A stretch of 56,307 nucleotides of DNA, taken from positions 1-56,307 of the forward strand of contig JYFJ02002472.1 of NCBI GenBank assembly GCA_000934665.2, written 5' to 3'. A program made the translations under genes and the position numbers. Source of the stretch: Catajapyx aquilonaris (Eukaryota). Of this stretch, positions 40,001 through 52,300 are shown in pieces. The notes under the pieces were generated by a model. It searched no databases. It worked only from the letters and a program-made list of their open reading frames with translations, and was not told where the DNA came from. Each line of letters begins with the position of its first letter. Position 1 is the first letter of the stretch.

Positions 40001-43000
40001 TGTTTTTTTTGCGCTAAGGAGTGTCCGGCTGAAATATTAGAAATCTTGGACGTAGATATCACGTTCGTTTTATTGGCTCGGTAGCTGATGACGATAATTT
40101 TCTCCTAGAAATCTGACCTTCGCGACGTGTATGGGGGCGCTAAAGCAAAATTGCAGCATTATGTCGCGATAGAGGAAAAGTGATAATTTTATTGCTCGGG
40201 GAATTCGGCTCCTTTTATTATTTCCACCAACCTTCAGCGTGGAATGTGTACAGCTGGGGGTCTTTTCTTTCTCTGAAACTCCGGACTATAGTGAAAACCG
40301 CCTAGTTTCTCTGAGTCGTATAATACAGTCGCAGCCGGAGATGTTCCCAGAAGGCATTGTGGCGTCACTCGACAAACCCAAACCAATTGAGATTCTCTTC
40401 GCCTGTTTTGATCATCGCTGGTAGGAAAAGACCCCATTTCTCACACAAAGAACAATCGGTTCAGTTCTCTTCACAGACAATGACGATAAGCATCTGCGCA
40501 AGTGTCCACCTGCCAGGCAACGCCGTTGCGAACCGATTTCATAACCGACGTCGGAAGACCTGATGGGATCGCAGTAGTTTAGGATTCAAAGAAAGAAAAA
40601 AGAAGAAACTGGATGAAGTGTTGAGAAGAATAAATGGTAGAGCGTGGCTGGTGATTTGTGCGCTGTCTAGGTAGCTAGGATGGGAAACAAAAGGATTTTG
40701 AGCAGCCAGGCAGCCAGCAGCAAGCCATTCGAAACGACGTGAAGGTTACTCTTGTCCTGTTTCTGCTCGCCTTTCGGAACGGTGGCCGTGACTACCTCCA
40801 CACCTAATCCACGCACACACATTTGGAGAGTCTGGGCCTTTCTCATCTCTTCCTTCTTCACCAGCAAACTTGTCAACAAAGCAGCTGGGTCGGCAGGGGG
40901 TATGCTCAAATTTCCGATGATAATCGGAGTGGACAAGAAACTGAGTGGGTCAACCCAATTCGGGAGGGGGCAAAACGTGACCAAAATGAACTGAAGTTTA
41001 GGAAGAGTTGTCGGATTCCAGAGCTGGTAGTAGGAAAAAATGACACGGGAGAAAATTGGCAAAGAATAAAGGAAAGAGGTAGTCCCGTTGTTGGGGCCAG
41101 CGTGGGAAGGTAGGAAGGATCTGTTGGAAAGTGAAAGTCCCGCTGATTGGGGCTGGTGGCCACGCAAAGAGTCCGAGGGGGGGCGGCCAGCAGAGTGGCC
41201 ATCGGCTAGCCCTTGGGGTCCACCTGAGCGAATTGATGCAAAGGACGCCCGCATAACTGTTCAGTGCATCTCGCACGCACAACCAGCACTTGCGATACAC
41301 ACATTATTGTGGCCATTGCGACCTTGCTGTTATTTTGCCATTTTATGTTCTGGTGGAACCAGTCACGAAGGAAATCGTAAATATTAAATATTGAAATTTT
41401 ACATCCAGATTTTTGACCTTGTTTCCCTCGTTTATGCGATGTGTGAGCATTTACACCTGTGCGATGACGGCATTGTTGTGACCCCTGCTGAGTATACTTC
41501 CCACACCCTACTAGCGGGACCACTTGTTGGTTGCGGATCTGTTAGGATAAAAGTTCGTGCCACTTTCTATTTCGTTAGTCTTTCAATGCAGTACGCTTAG
41601 CGGGTCCACATTACCAGTGACATTCTTTGCAGGTTTTTTTATTGAAACAAAACCATCCACGTGGTTGCTCCCTATGTTGATTGTTAGCCCACATCCCATC
41701 GTAGTCATTAGATGCGTCATTATATCGCAAATAAAGTGATAATGGTTCCTACTGCTATATGTACAACCGACCCCTGGTTTGCCCCTTTCAGCACTGCCCC
41801 ACCCCTGGGCAAATCCGCCTTGGCCCGGGCCCATATTCTTCCCAGCCGTACTTCTCTGCCCGGGGCAAACCGGCCTCTCCCCTAGCCCAAGGGCTAAAGG
41901 GAGCCACAAACACGCCAATGTAACTAACCGTTGCGTTGATGAGTCAATGTGTCATTACTTTATCAAAAGACCCTCCCTGATATGTAACAATATTCTCTTC
42001 CGCAATCCTTTTATCGATGAATGTATTGCACATCAGTGTTTCTGCGGATGTCCTTTACAGTAGAATATGTTCTGCTATTGGTGAGGCATGCGTCTTTTAT
42101 GCTATATATGAAAATCACTGCTTTAAAAAAAACACTTGGGCTATTCTCATCATTTTAGCTATTGAAGAGGTTAATAACCAGTATAGCATTTCGGGTGGTC
42201 TGGAACCGTCCCAGAATTTGTCACAGCAATGCGAATGGGTAAAAAATTCTAAAATTAGAATAAAAACCCTGTTGGGTGCCTTTTGTGGCATCTTTGTCTC
42301 CTTTCCCATTTATACGAAGAAGGCCTCTCCCACTTCGTTAGTTTGGTCAAAAACCATGGATTTTGTCCTAAGTAATCGATTATCACCGAATCTGTCCTTT
42401 GTAAGTGATCAACTCTATATGAAAGTATAAAAGAATGAGGCAGCCTGCTGCTCTTTGGTTGTTTAAATTCAATGGAATTCTATAAGAAACTGAAACTGTG
42501 CCTCACGCGCCAGAAAACTTGGATGAGAAGAAAAACTGGCATTGTAAGACAGTAATTTTTGCGGACTGGTATCCGCTGAAAAAAAAAATTGCACGAGCCG
42601 TCCTTCCTGGAATGGTTTAAATTATGGCAGTCGTGCTGATAATAGTAAGTCTCACACAACCCAACGTTTAATAATCACGAACTACAGGTATGGTAAAAAA
42701 AATCATTATCATTTATGTGAAAAAAAAGAAGTAAAACACACCTCGCAGTTCATTGACATCAACCTGCTACCACTCCTGAATAATAACATTTCGCAAACAT
42801 TACAAGTGATTTCGTGCACCTAGGTAATTCTTACCACACAACAAATGTGACTAATAGAACATGGTTGAAACACACGCTCCTGGCGGTATGCCGCAAGCAT
42901 GAGGTGCTAAATAATGCAGAAGTCAGCCACAAAGTGGTACCTGAAGAGTTGGGATGAGCTCATGATGAATGTGGAAGAACAACAGGCCGGAGAAATGTCT

Positions 43001-46000
43001 TCCAGCTGCAGAAACGGAACCAAAGGTGCTTGAGGCAGGGCATAAGCGTATGCACACAGGGTGGGAGAAAGTTAGCCTTCCTCTTCCTCGTGGGGGTAGA
43101 TTGATCCATCGATCGGTGATTGATGGAGCGTCATCATTTACTCTTCCTCTCACTTGTGACGTCGCATGTTGTGTTGGGCCCATACAAGAAGCCGCCATGT
43201 GATTCTCAGTCACGATTCTCATTTGACTCGGAAATGGGATCCTTTACATGTCACTGTTTATCGTCGTGATTCCAAAGCGGTGTTGGATTGGAAAGCCAAT
43301 ATAAATGTCTGTTGGTGACACCGCGAGTAATTACACGAAATGGCAAGGAAAACAAGTTGAGCAATTTCCTGATATAATATCCTGAGCTCACTGACATGAA
43401 TCGGAGTGTTCAAACTCTCGTGTGACCGGAAAGTGCTATAAGTTGCCTTCTCTAGATATTGCTTATTACCCAAGGGTCTGTAAGGAAATCGGTTGTAAAA
43501 ATTTATTAAGGTAACCGTTTCTTTTTTTTCCACTTGACTTTCACTCCAATTCGCTTCTGAAATTTGGCACTGCAATTCTACGTGCAATTAATGGTCCGGT
43601 AACATTATAAACCGTAGCACACATGAATTGCACATTCCTTGTCTGTTGTCGTTCTAACTCTCTCCCAAGATTACGGTTTCACCGTTCCGAAATTAATGGG
43701 ACAGAGACGTATGTGACCCATGCAATGTGTTTTTAGTCTTCAGATTTTCTCCGTGACGCGCCAGATCCTTGGAGCAAAGGAACACCCAATTGGGGTGGAA
43801 AGAAAGCACCAAAAACAGTAGTGCAATAAGTGTACGCCCATGAAGGCGGCATCTGAAGAATGCGGTATGGTACACCGAGCATAATCAAGGGCAAATCAAA
43901 ACCGCAGATCAAAATTTAGACAAGATTGCTGGGGAGCAAAGGTTCATTTTGGTGTCAAGGTGATCAAGGGCGTCGGCTGCACTTGATATCATATCTGGGG
44001 AAGGTAAAGAAGGAAAAAAATATGGCTTAAAGTGATTTGTCTCGAAATGCACAATGGGTCGAATCCAGGGCACTTCCGTTTCCATGAGCAGTCGTGCCTT
44101 TGGAAAACGGCCACAACTGTGGCAGAAGAAAAACGTAATCATAGTGAGACACGTTAGGCAGAAAGAAGAATAGCCTTCAATGTCTTGGACGAGACCTGGA
44201 TTGCCAGAGGGCGCAATCGGAGGGAGAGAAGTGTTATTCAGGTCCATTTGTATAGTCTGATTCAAAGAGCGAGAGAAGAGTGGAAAAAATGTGATGCACA
44301 TAAAAAGAGGAGCTGGTTTGAGGTCGACTGAAGGCAAGCAAGTCAGGCAGGTCATAACACGTATCATGAAAGTAGATTCCTGATGACTAATGAAGCTTGC
44401 AAGGTTGACAACCACAAAGAAGAGCACAATAATTTTCAAGTGGATAGAGAGAAAAAGAGCTAATAATAAATTGTACGTGTTGGTTTGTTGTTTTCAGGAC
44501 CACATACAAGAAGTGTTGGACAAGTGGGAGCAGATCGACGATGAGATCTGGGCCAAGGTGATCGTGGTGGAGCGTAACCGGAGGGTGGCCAAGGCCTACG
44601 CCAGGGCGCCTGTGCTGACCGTCAATGGGTCTGACGAGGGATTCGACGGATTCCGAATCGGGATGTGTGGATTCGACAACCCAATGAGGGACAGCAAGAC
44701 GGAGGAGGTCAAAAGGCACATTGGACATGTGAGCAGGAAATTTTCCATGTCTTTGGGGAAGGTCCTTTGCTGCCCCTGTATGCTAATGTGTTTTGCATAA
44801 CTTTGCAGGGCGTGAAGATCAAGATGGACGAAGCAGGCAACATCCTGGTGAAGAGAGTGGCCAAATCCAACGTATACGTCAAGACCACTGGGGACGAGAA
44901 TGCTGTCAGTGCCGATGCACTCAAGCTGCCCAATGGAGGATTAGAGCTTGAGAAACCCGTCAAGGTGGGTGCGATGATGATGATGATGATGATATTCTAT
45001 AGCTTTAAGAAATCCATTTCATTTCGAAATCTGCAAGTCAAAAGCTCTTAGGAAGTGTAAGATGGTATTATATTTTCGACTTTTTTCTACAGCTTTTCGA
45101 CATCAAGAAGTTCCAGAGCAATGTGGTGAGAGAACTCCGGAGAGCCTACCCGGAGCGGAGGAAATTGGAGGCCCAATGCATCTCTGCAGTTGCATTTGTG
45201 AAGAATGAGCCAGAGCTCCTTGACTGCCCTTGCTGGCTTATGGTCATCAACATGGTGGCCCTCGAGTTCCTGAAGGCTCGCATCCCACCTGTCAAACGTC
45301 TAGTTGCACCCTCAAATGTAAGGCACTTGTACCCTTTCTTTTTCAATTTTATACTTACAGTCGTATTAGGAAGAATGTCCACTAAAAATTCGAGGAAACG
45401 ACCTATACTGAAAGGGATCCTTTAAACTTCGTTCTAAGAACACCACAAGTTTTATTCATTTTGAGTAGTAAGAAAGTGTATTACTTGATTACAGGCCATT
45501 TCTGGGACTTCAATGCTTGGGATGGACATGCGGAACAGGCCACGAATCCCCATCCCCGATGAAGACCCATACAGCGTAGCAGGCCAAGGAGGAAACGGCA
45601 GTGGAGGAGGAGGAGGAAATTCATCTGGTTCATCATCCTCATCAGCCCACAACTTGCGTCGAGGTGAGAAGGAGCGCCCTCCCAAGCTGCCTCCTCGGGA
45701 TACCAGCTCTCAGGGACATCCCCCACACAACCTCATTCCAAAGCCTGACTATGACGATTTTGCTTCAAATGATTCACATAGTAAGGGACCCTTTGCCAGG
45801 GAGTCTGCAGCAAGCAAACCTTCTTCCAAGGATAGGAAATATGGTATGTAACTTAGTTTTTGTCTCACTTCACACTCGTAAATTGGGAATTGAGTGTGGC
45901 CTTGCTTTGTTCTGGATAGTTAAAATTTTTTGGTTAGGTTTTGACTTGAGAGCTGTAAATAGCTTCTTTATGCACTTGTCTAACTAAGCGCCCCATGTAA

Positions 46001-46848
46001 CTTTTGGTGTATAAATTGTATTCATTTGAGCTGTTTTATTTGTACAGATGCATTACAACTGGTATTTTTCTTACAGATGACCCTTACTACTGCGGACTCC
46101 GAGCCCGCATCCCTAATTTTGCCAAAGCTGCTGGAGGCAAAGGCAGCAAAGAGGAGTCATCGTCAAGGGGCAGAATGTTTGCAGCCCCTCCTTTACCTGC
46201 TCACCCACTTATGTGGCATGCACGCAGCTTCGACAGTGGAATGGGTGGGTACTACTACTCTACTCGTGGACACCAGTTCGCACCTCGCACATGAGTACTT
46301 ATCGCACTGGCAGCATATCAGAGGGCTCCTTGTAAAAGTGGGCATATGTACAGTTGGATGAGAAATTAGTTACCAAACTTAAATTATGCCACAACGAAAT
46401 TTATTTTTTTTCCCCATGGCTATGCAATTAATTATAGTCTTTTATTTGCCCGTTGCGGAATGAAAATAAAATATGTCACTGATTCTGCCAAGCAGTAACA
46501 AACATTACAGGTTTTTTTTTCTAATGTCTCTGCAAGAGCTCTCTGACATTAGCCCATTTTTAAAATCAGCCACTAATGAATTCTGTACAAGTTAAAAATG
46601 ATCTTGTATTTAATACATCTCTATTGTTCATTTCAGAGTCAGATATGAATGAATCGCTGTACTCACACATATATGGGCGATTCCCACCACCACCAAGAGG
46701 CTTCATGCATCCCCCTCCCCATGGTCCCCTCTCCTATCCCCACGCTCAGGCACATCATGTTCCCCACTCCCACCTCCCCTCTCATCCCCCGCACCCACTG
46801 ACCAGCCACCAGTCGGCCCCGCTCATGTATGTTGGAGAGTGGGAATGA
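30970..46848 (+). CDS. exp: Expansion/Rebuf-family MH2-domain protein, core CDS join(30970..31077,44498..44728,44809..44964,45093..45317,45495..45843,46077..46244,46637..46848), ~482 aa
   Basis: Spliced translation MVSRRRILSRSRDDLNLDSFVEDEEDVWYHKDKLFK-DHIQEVLDKWEQIDDEIWAKVIVVERNRRVAKAYARAPVLTVNGSDEGFDGFRIGMCGFDNPMRD...GVKIKMDEAGNILVKR...LFDIKKFQ...DDPYYCGLRAR...MYVGEWE resembles arthropod Expansion/Rebuf (recognised from memory, not searched). All six introns are GT-AG with consistent phases (0,0,0,0,1,1); total 1449 nt, divisible by 3. Confidence 0.88.
44498..44728 (+). CDS. exp: expansion-like exon, MH2 domain N-terminal part
   Basis: ttttcag|GAC CAC ATA...GGA CAT|GTGAGC; 77 codons, DHIQEVLDKW...EVKRHIGH. 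Confidence 0.92.
44809..44964 (+). CDS. exp: expansion-like exon, MH2 domain
   Basis: ctttgcag|GGC GTG AAG...GTC AAG|GTGGGT; GVKIKMDEAGNILVKRVAKSNVYVK...KPVK. Confidence 0.9.
44973..44993. repeat. (GAT)7 microsatellite just inside an exp intron
   Basis: Direct observation; explains the spurious MMMMMM in ORF 44665..45051. Confidence 0.9.
45093..45317 (+). CDS. exp: expansion-like exon, MH2 domain C-terminal part
   Basis: ttttttctacag|CTT TTC GAC...TCA AAT|GTAAGG; LFDIKKFQSNVVRELRRAYP...CPCWLMVINMVAL. The 3' end is slightly less certain. Confidence 0.85.
45495..45843 (+). CDS. exp: expansion-like exon (G/S-rich linker; PRIPIPDEDPYS, PPKLPPRD, PKPDYD motifs)
   Basis: ttacag|GCC ATT...AAA TAT G|GTATGT, phase 0 in and phase 1 out. 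Confidence 0.85.
46077..46244 (+). CDS. exp: expansion-like exon (DDPYYCGLRARIPNF...RSFDSGM)
   Basis: tttttcttacag|AT GAC CCT...ATG G|GTGGGT, phase 1/1. Confidence 0.85.
46637..46848 (+). CDS. exp: expansion-like terminal coding exon (ESDMNESLYSHIYGR...MYVGEWE*)
   Basis: ttcatttcag|AG TCA GAT, phase 1, stop TGA at 46846-46848. Confidence 0.8.
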
Positions 46849-48362
46849 ACACATGCTTTCATGGTCTGTCGTAATTTAAGTGTGAAATAATGGAAGTATG
46901 TTTTTACCCAATCAATGTAATGTACATATAAAAAGCTGCTGGGGCCAATCCTACAAGTTATGAGGAATTACAAGTGTGAAATAGCAGCAAACAATGACTG
47001 ACTGTTGCTGCTGTGGATCAAGAAAGCAACTTTTTTGCCATGTGTGAGTGAGACATTATTTGTATAGTGTACAGGTGAACTTGTCGTTTGTTTTTCCTGC
47101 CCCCTCCACCACTCCATGTAAAAGGAGTGGATATATGTCATTTTCTGCCTCTGTAACATTTCTTTTTATTTTGTGGAGAATAATACATTGGTGGTGGATT
47201 TCTCTTGGACGGATTGTTGTTTTAGTTTTGGTTACAGACCAACATTCGATCCTGCGTTTCCCCACTTCAGGAAGTCCTCTTCATTGGTTACAGTGCCAGT
47301 GTGAAGTGAAAGTATGTCTACATGTTCCTTGAGGAGCTACCTTACTAAAAAATACTTGCAAATTCCCAATAACCTCAACCCATATTCTCATCTCATCACT
47401 ATTTGTAGCTGCCTATGCCATGTTGAATGTGACGAAAAATTGCCAATATTGACTAAGAATAGGTGTACTCTGTGCAGGGGAAGGTGGTATATAGTGGATG
47501 TAGACGACCAGTGTGTGTGATCCAACCCTCCTCAACATCTCCTATTCTAGAAGTCCCTTGAGTGATTCTGATTGAGCTGGCTCATTTTTATTTTGAGCAC
47601 ACTAGAAAAATGGCACCCAGCAATGTGATCAGAAAATGTGTGGAAAATAATATTGACTTTCACAATTCACATTTAACTCATATTATGTGCCTTTCTGAGA
47701 TCTAATGTTAGTTCACAATGTGTCCACTTTCAGTGGATATGAGCATATCAGATCAGGGTAATTTATTAGTGGGATTAGCTAGTTAGGCCATAATGGCGCG
47801 GCTAGCCATCACTTATCTACTTGCTTTATATCGGCATAAACAGAAAGGTTCAATGTGCTGCTGACAGTCCAATTCAACCCAAACTGCCATGGTGGCAGAT
47901 TTTGACCCCTCTGTGATAAGGGAATGAAAAGGAAATACATAATATATTATCTGATATTATGTATACCGTATGAACAACTTGTCAGTCTTTCTCCCAGTGT
48001 GGGATGTTTCAATGCAGTTTTCGAATAGGTTTCATCAGGTTTCATCAACTCTATTGTTTATATGTGTCATATCGTGCTTGTGATGCTGTCATAAGCATAG
48101 GTCTGCAGTCTGCATTGTAGAGAGCAATGGACTCTGCATGTTTGCATCCTGTGCGCGTGTGTGTGGGGGGTGGGGGAGGAGGGGGGGGGGCGCATTGTGG
48201 TGCACTGGATAAAGCTCCAGTCTGTCATGTGTCCCCAGGTCAGGGGTTTCAACCAATTCCTCCTGTAACAGCATGGAATTTCTCGGTGTTCGGTAATTTC
48301 CTCCCGTAAGTCCAAACAATCTTAGATGCCTATATAGGCTCTCCTGTAAACTCAACTGCAAA

Positions 48363-48368
48363 AATAAA
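48363..48368 (+). terminator. Probable poly(A) signal AATAAA of the expansion-like gene (3' UTR ~1.5 kb)
   Basis: First canonical AATAAA I found after stop 46848; followed by a GT-rich tract at ~48391 and then the STT3A CpG-rich promoter. Confidence 0.5.
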
Positions 48369-48459
48369 ATACACCAGAAAGTTGCATACCTGTGTACTAT
48401 TGGTTTAATGGGGTGAAAACTATTGCCGTAATAATGATTGTAGTCGTGGTCTTCCTTCG

Positions 48460-49247
48460 CTTGTTACGGCCGATCACGGTATACGGATCGTCTAGTACTG
48501 ACGTACGGGCGGCTGTTAGGTGCACCATGCGAACTTCCTTCCCGCCGCGCCGTGCCCATGCCGTGCCTCACTACCAGTGCCTGGCCAGTGCTCACTACAT
48601 ATGGGCAGGATTCCTCTCCCAGTCAGATACGGTCAGTAGAATAACATGGCGTCGCCCATTGGAGGATCGCCCGTCAGTCACTTGTTCTGGTTCCGTGACG
48701 TAGAGCGTTCCAGCATGTCAGCCACGCGTTGCCGCCGCCGCCGCGGACAATTCCTTCCTCTTCAAGTTCCTTCCTTCCCCGCGCCGCCGCCGCCGCCGCC
48801 GGTCATCATCGTCCGAGTGACACGTTGAGTTGTGCTGCCGTGCCTCCTCAGATATAGCTGGCTGATTGCCACCGATATATCCCTCGCTCCCCATCCTCCC
48901 TGCTGGATCCCTGTGCCGGTTCGGAAGGGCCGGCTTCTGCACGCTGCACAAAAAAAGGCAAGGAGGGAAGCGGGGGGCAATGTTGTTTGTGTTTGTGGTG
49001 GTGTAGGTGCACGGGAAGGAGCCGGCTTGCCTTGCCAGGGTCGTGAATAATTGAGGTGGGTGGGTGCTCCCCCCTGGCGTCGAGCCGGGTCGTGTCGCCT
49101 TGGGATTGGATCAAAGGGACAGGAGGGAAATGGATCGGTGTCTCTCTCGGCCAGGTCTGGCTGACTGACTGACTGACCGACCCAGCACAGCACCTGCCCT
49201 GTCGCCACCTAATGCTTGAGATCTGACCCACTGTGTTTGGATTGCAG
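48460..49247 (+). promoter_or_regulatory. CpG/GC-rich promoter and 5' leader region of STT3A
   Basis: Sharp rise in CpG content, (GCC)n runs at 48731-48744 and 48782-48801, TGACGTA half-sites, YY1-like AACATGGCG near 48643. Acceptor ttgcag|49248 implies an upstream non-coding exon. Confidence 0.55.
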
Positions 49248-49282
49248 GAAGGCAGGGGAGGAGGAATACACCGCACTGAACC

Positions 49283-49385
49283 ATGGGGAAAGTCATGCTG
49301 CAGAGGGCACGCTCCCTGCGTATGTCGCTGGAGAAGCAGGAGACCCTCCTCAAGCTGTCCATCCTTTCCCTTGCTGCCATCCTCT
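49283..49385 (+). CDS. STT3A: STT3A coding exon 1
   Basis: accATGG start; ATC CTC T|GTAAGT, phase 1. Confidence 0.9.
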
Positions 49386-52300
49386 GTAAGTTGTCATCTG
49401 TCCCATTCAGTTGCATTTTAGCACCTGATGGTTATTACGTAATGGAGGGATACTTAGGACAGCACCTGCAGAAATAAGTCAATGCCATGATTAGGCTTAA
49501 TATTGTCATTGTGCCAATGGCAAGTGAAGGGCATGGCAACAAAATTTTAGCGTTATTATTGTTTCTGCATGTTATTGACACTATGAAGTTATATGACTTG
49601 CAAATGTTTGCCAGAATGAACTGAAATATTTCAGGCATAACATGCCTTGACAACTTGACATAATGGGTTCTGATTGAACTGCACAAGTTTGTGCTTATAC
49701 AAAAATGGTCTAAAATGATTGTTACATGTTAATAGATTTTGCTGGTTAGAAGGCTGAAGTGCAAAACCGAGTAACATGTAAAATCAGTATTTGAAATAAG
49801 GAGTGGAATTTTTGTCCCACTGCTAGTTACTGATAAGTGCTAACTTAGCAGTTGTGACGGTATTTAATCATATGCTTCCTCGTTACACAGTACCAATGCA
49901 CTACACTGGTAGAGCTAATTGAGCAGTATCTAGCAGAGGGACGAAAATTCCACCCAAGCACTTTTACACTTTCAAGTGAATAACTGTGATGTGGAGAAGT
50001 CATTGGATGGAATTTTCATTGCACTGCTAGATACTGCTAACTTAGCAGTACCAGTGTAGTGCATTGCTACATTATCAGTAACTAGCAGTGCAATGAAAAT
50101 TCCATACACATATGATGTGTATTGTGTTTTTGTATAGCAGTTGGGAAAATACACCATTATGTGCTAATTTTGCAGCATTTGCAACGAGGTTGTTTTCGGT
50201 CCTGCGATTTGAGAGCGTCATCCATGAGTTCGATCCGTACTTCAACTACCGGACCACAAAGTTCCTGGCTGAGAAGGGGTTTTACAAGTTCCACAACTGG
50301 TTTGATGACCGTGCATGGTATCCTCTGGGGCGTATCATTGGAGGTAAGCACTTTGAGCCAGATATTCGTGTTGTATGTCTTATTTAGCTCCTAATTACTA
50401 GGCACTTGACATTGCTTGGATGTGCATTATGTAGTGGCGGCAACAAAAGCCTTTTCATGTTGAATTCTAATTGGAACCATCCTCCTTCCCTTTCTCACTT
50501 CCTTGTCAATACACTAATACAGTACTGTAGATATTTCCAGATAAGTGAATTTCAGAAAAAGTGGCGAAAACTTAGTATCGGCGTCACTTGACAATCTGGC
50601 TTGCCAGATAGTAGTTGACACATTCACTACAACTATCTTAAGGTCATATGACCTACCACCCTGGAAAGTTTTGTATTGCTGATGGTTAAAACATATGACT
50701 CCCTATTGGCACAAACTGGAATTCATAATAGCCAAATGGATTGTATTGCCAAACACTGTCATAAGGTATTAAAGCATCAGTTTTAATGGAAATTGGTTTA
50801 TATGCCTGTAAACTCATTCCCCACTCCTGTACTGTTGGATGGAAAGTACAGGTAGCCCTGTTTTATGACAGGGTTAGATTCCAGCAAAACAGTGTCATAA
50901 AATTAAAAATGGTAAAATAATGATAAATTATAACACAACAGGAAAAACTAAATAAGCACCTACAGTATTATGCACAGGTGCTGCAGCAGTGCATTACTGT
51001 GTATGTTGTTATTTTTTATTTTTTCAATATTGTCACCTTTTTAGGTAATTTAGAACTAGTCATTAATTAAGTTGTTAAATAATACATCAATGCATTGCCT
51101 TTTCAGGTACAATTTACCCTGGATTGATGGTGACCTCGGCAACATTATACCATGCCCTCCAGTTATTCAACGTTACAATTGACATACGCAATGTGTGTGT
51201 CTTCTTGGCACCCCTTTTCTCAAGCCTCACCACAGTGGTCACATACCTCCTGACAAAGGAGCTGCGAGACTCAGGTGCTGGACTGGTGGCTGCAGTCATG
51301 ATTGCAATTGTACCTGGATACATCTCCCGCTCAGTGGCAGGCTCCTATGACAATGAGGGGATTGCTATCTTCTGTATGCTGCTAACCTACTACATGTGGA
51401 TTAAGGCAGTCAAGACTGGTGCATTGTTTTGGTCTGCATTGGCAGCCCTAGCATATTTCTACATGGTATCCTCTTGGGGAGGCTATGTTTTTTTGATCAA
51501 TCTGATCCCCCTGCACGTCTTGGTGTTGATGTTGACTGGACGGTTTTCTCATCGAATCTACGTGGCTTATAGCACCCTCTACACTCTGGGCACCATCTTG
51601 TCCATGCAGATTGCATTTGTAGGGTTTCAACCAGTCCAGAGCTCTGAGCATATGCTGGCACTTGGGGTGTTTGGACTGTGCCAACTACACGCCTTTGTGG
51701 ATTACCTCAGAAGCAAGATGACCGAGGAACATTTTCAGGTATGCATAATAGCATGACATCCTCTTGAAAAGAAGTAGGTGAATCTTCTCTGAGGATAAGG
51801 GAAAGTGGATAATTAGAATATATGCCATATTACTTTCTGGGAATGTCAGTATGTGTGGAACTGTAAGTAAAAGAAGTTGGGACAGTTCAGCACTAGACAA
51901 CCATCTGCAATCAGGCAAGGTGAAGAGTAGTGTGGAAACTATTGGACATCCCTTACTAGAATATTGATCGTTGCATAGCACTAAGATGTATTTGGTGAAA
52001 ACTTTTCCAGACACGGGAGTACTACATATGGCCCACCTTGTTCCTGCACACTCAACCAATTTTTGCGTTTGGTGTATCAGTAACTAGTACTAATGGCATG
52101 AGCATGTGGGCCAATTGATTTTAAAAATATGCTGATTTAGATAATGTCTCTGTCAGCAAAAATGGTGTCATAATCACCCCCTGTAAGTAGACAATCAATC
52201 TGTACATGGAAAAAGGCTGACCCACATTTAGAACACGAAAAACATGTATAGTATTTGCGTTTTGATACTGAGACTGACAGTTGCTCCTCTCTTCTCCAGG

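Noticed and set aside
40667..41254. 195-aa minus-strand ORF and overlapping ORFs
   Set aside because: Several frames are open with no recognisable family; consistent with a non-coding GC-richer patch.
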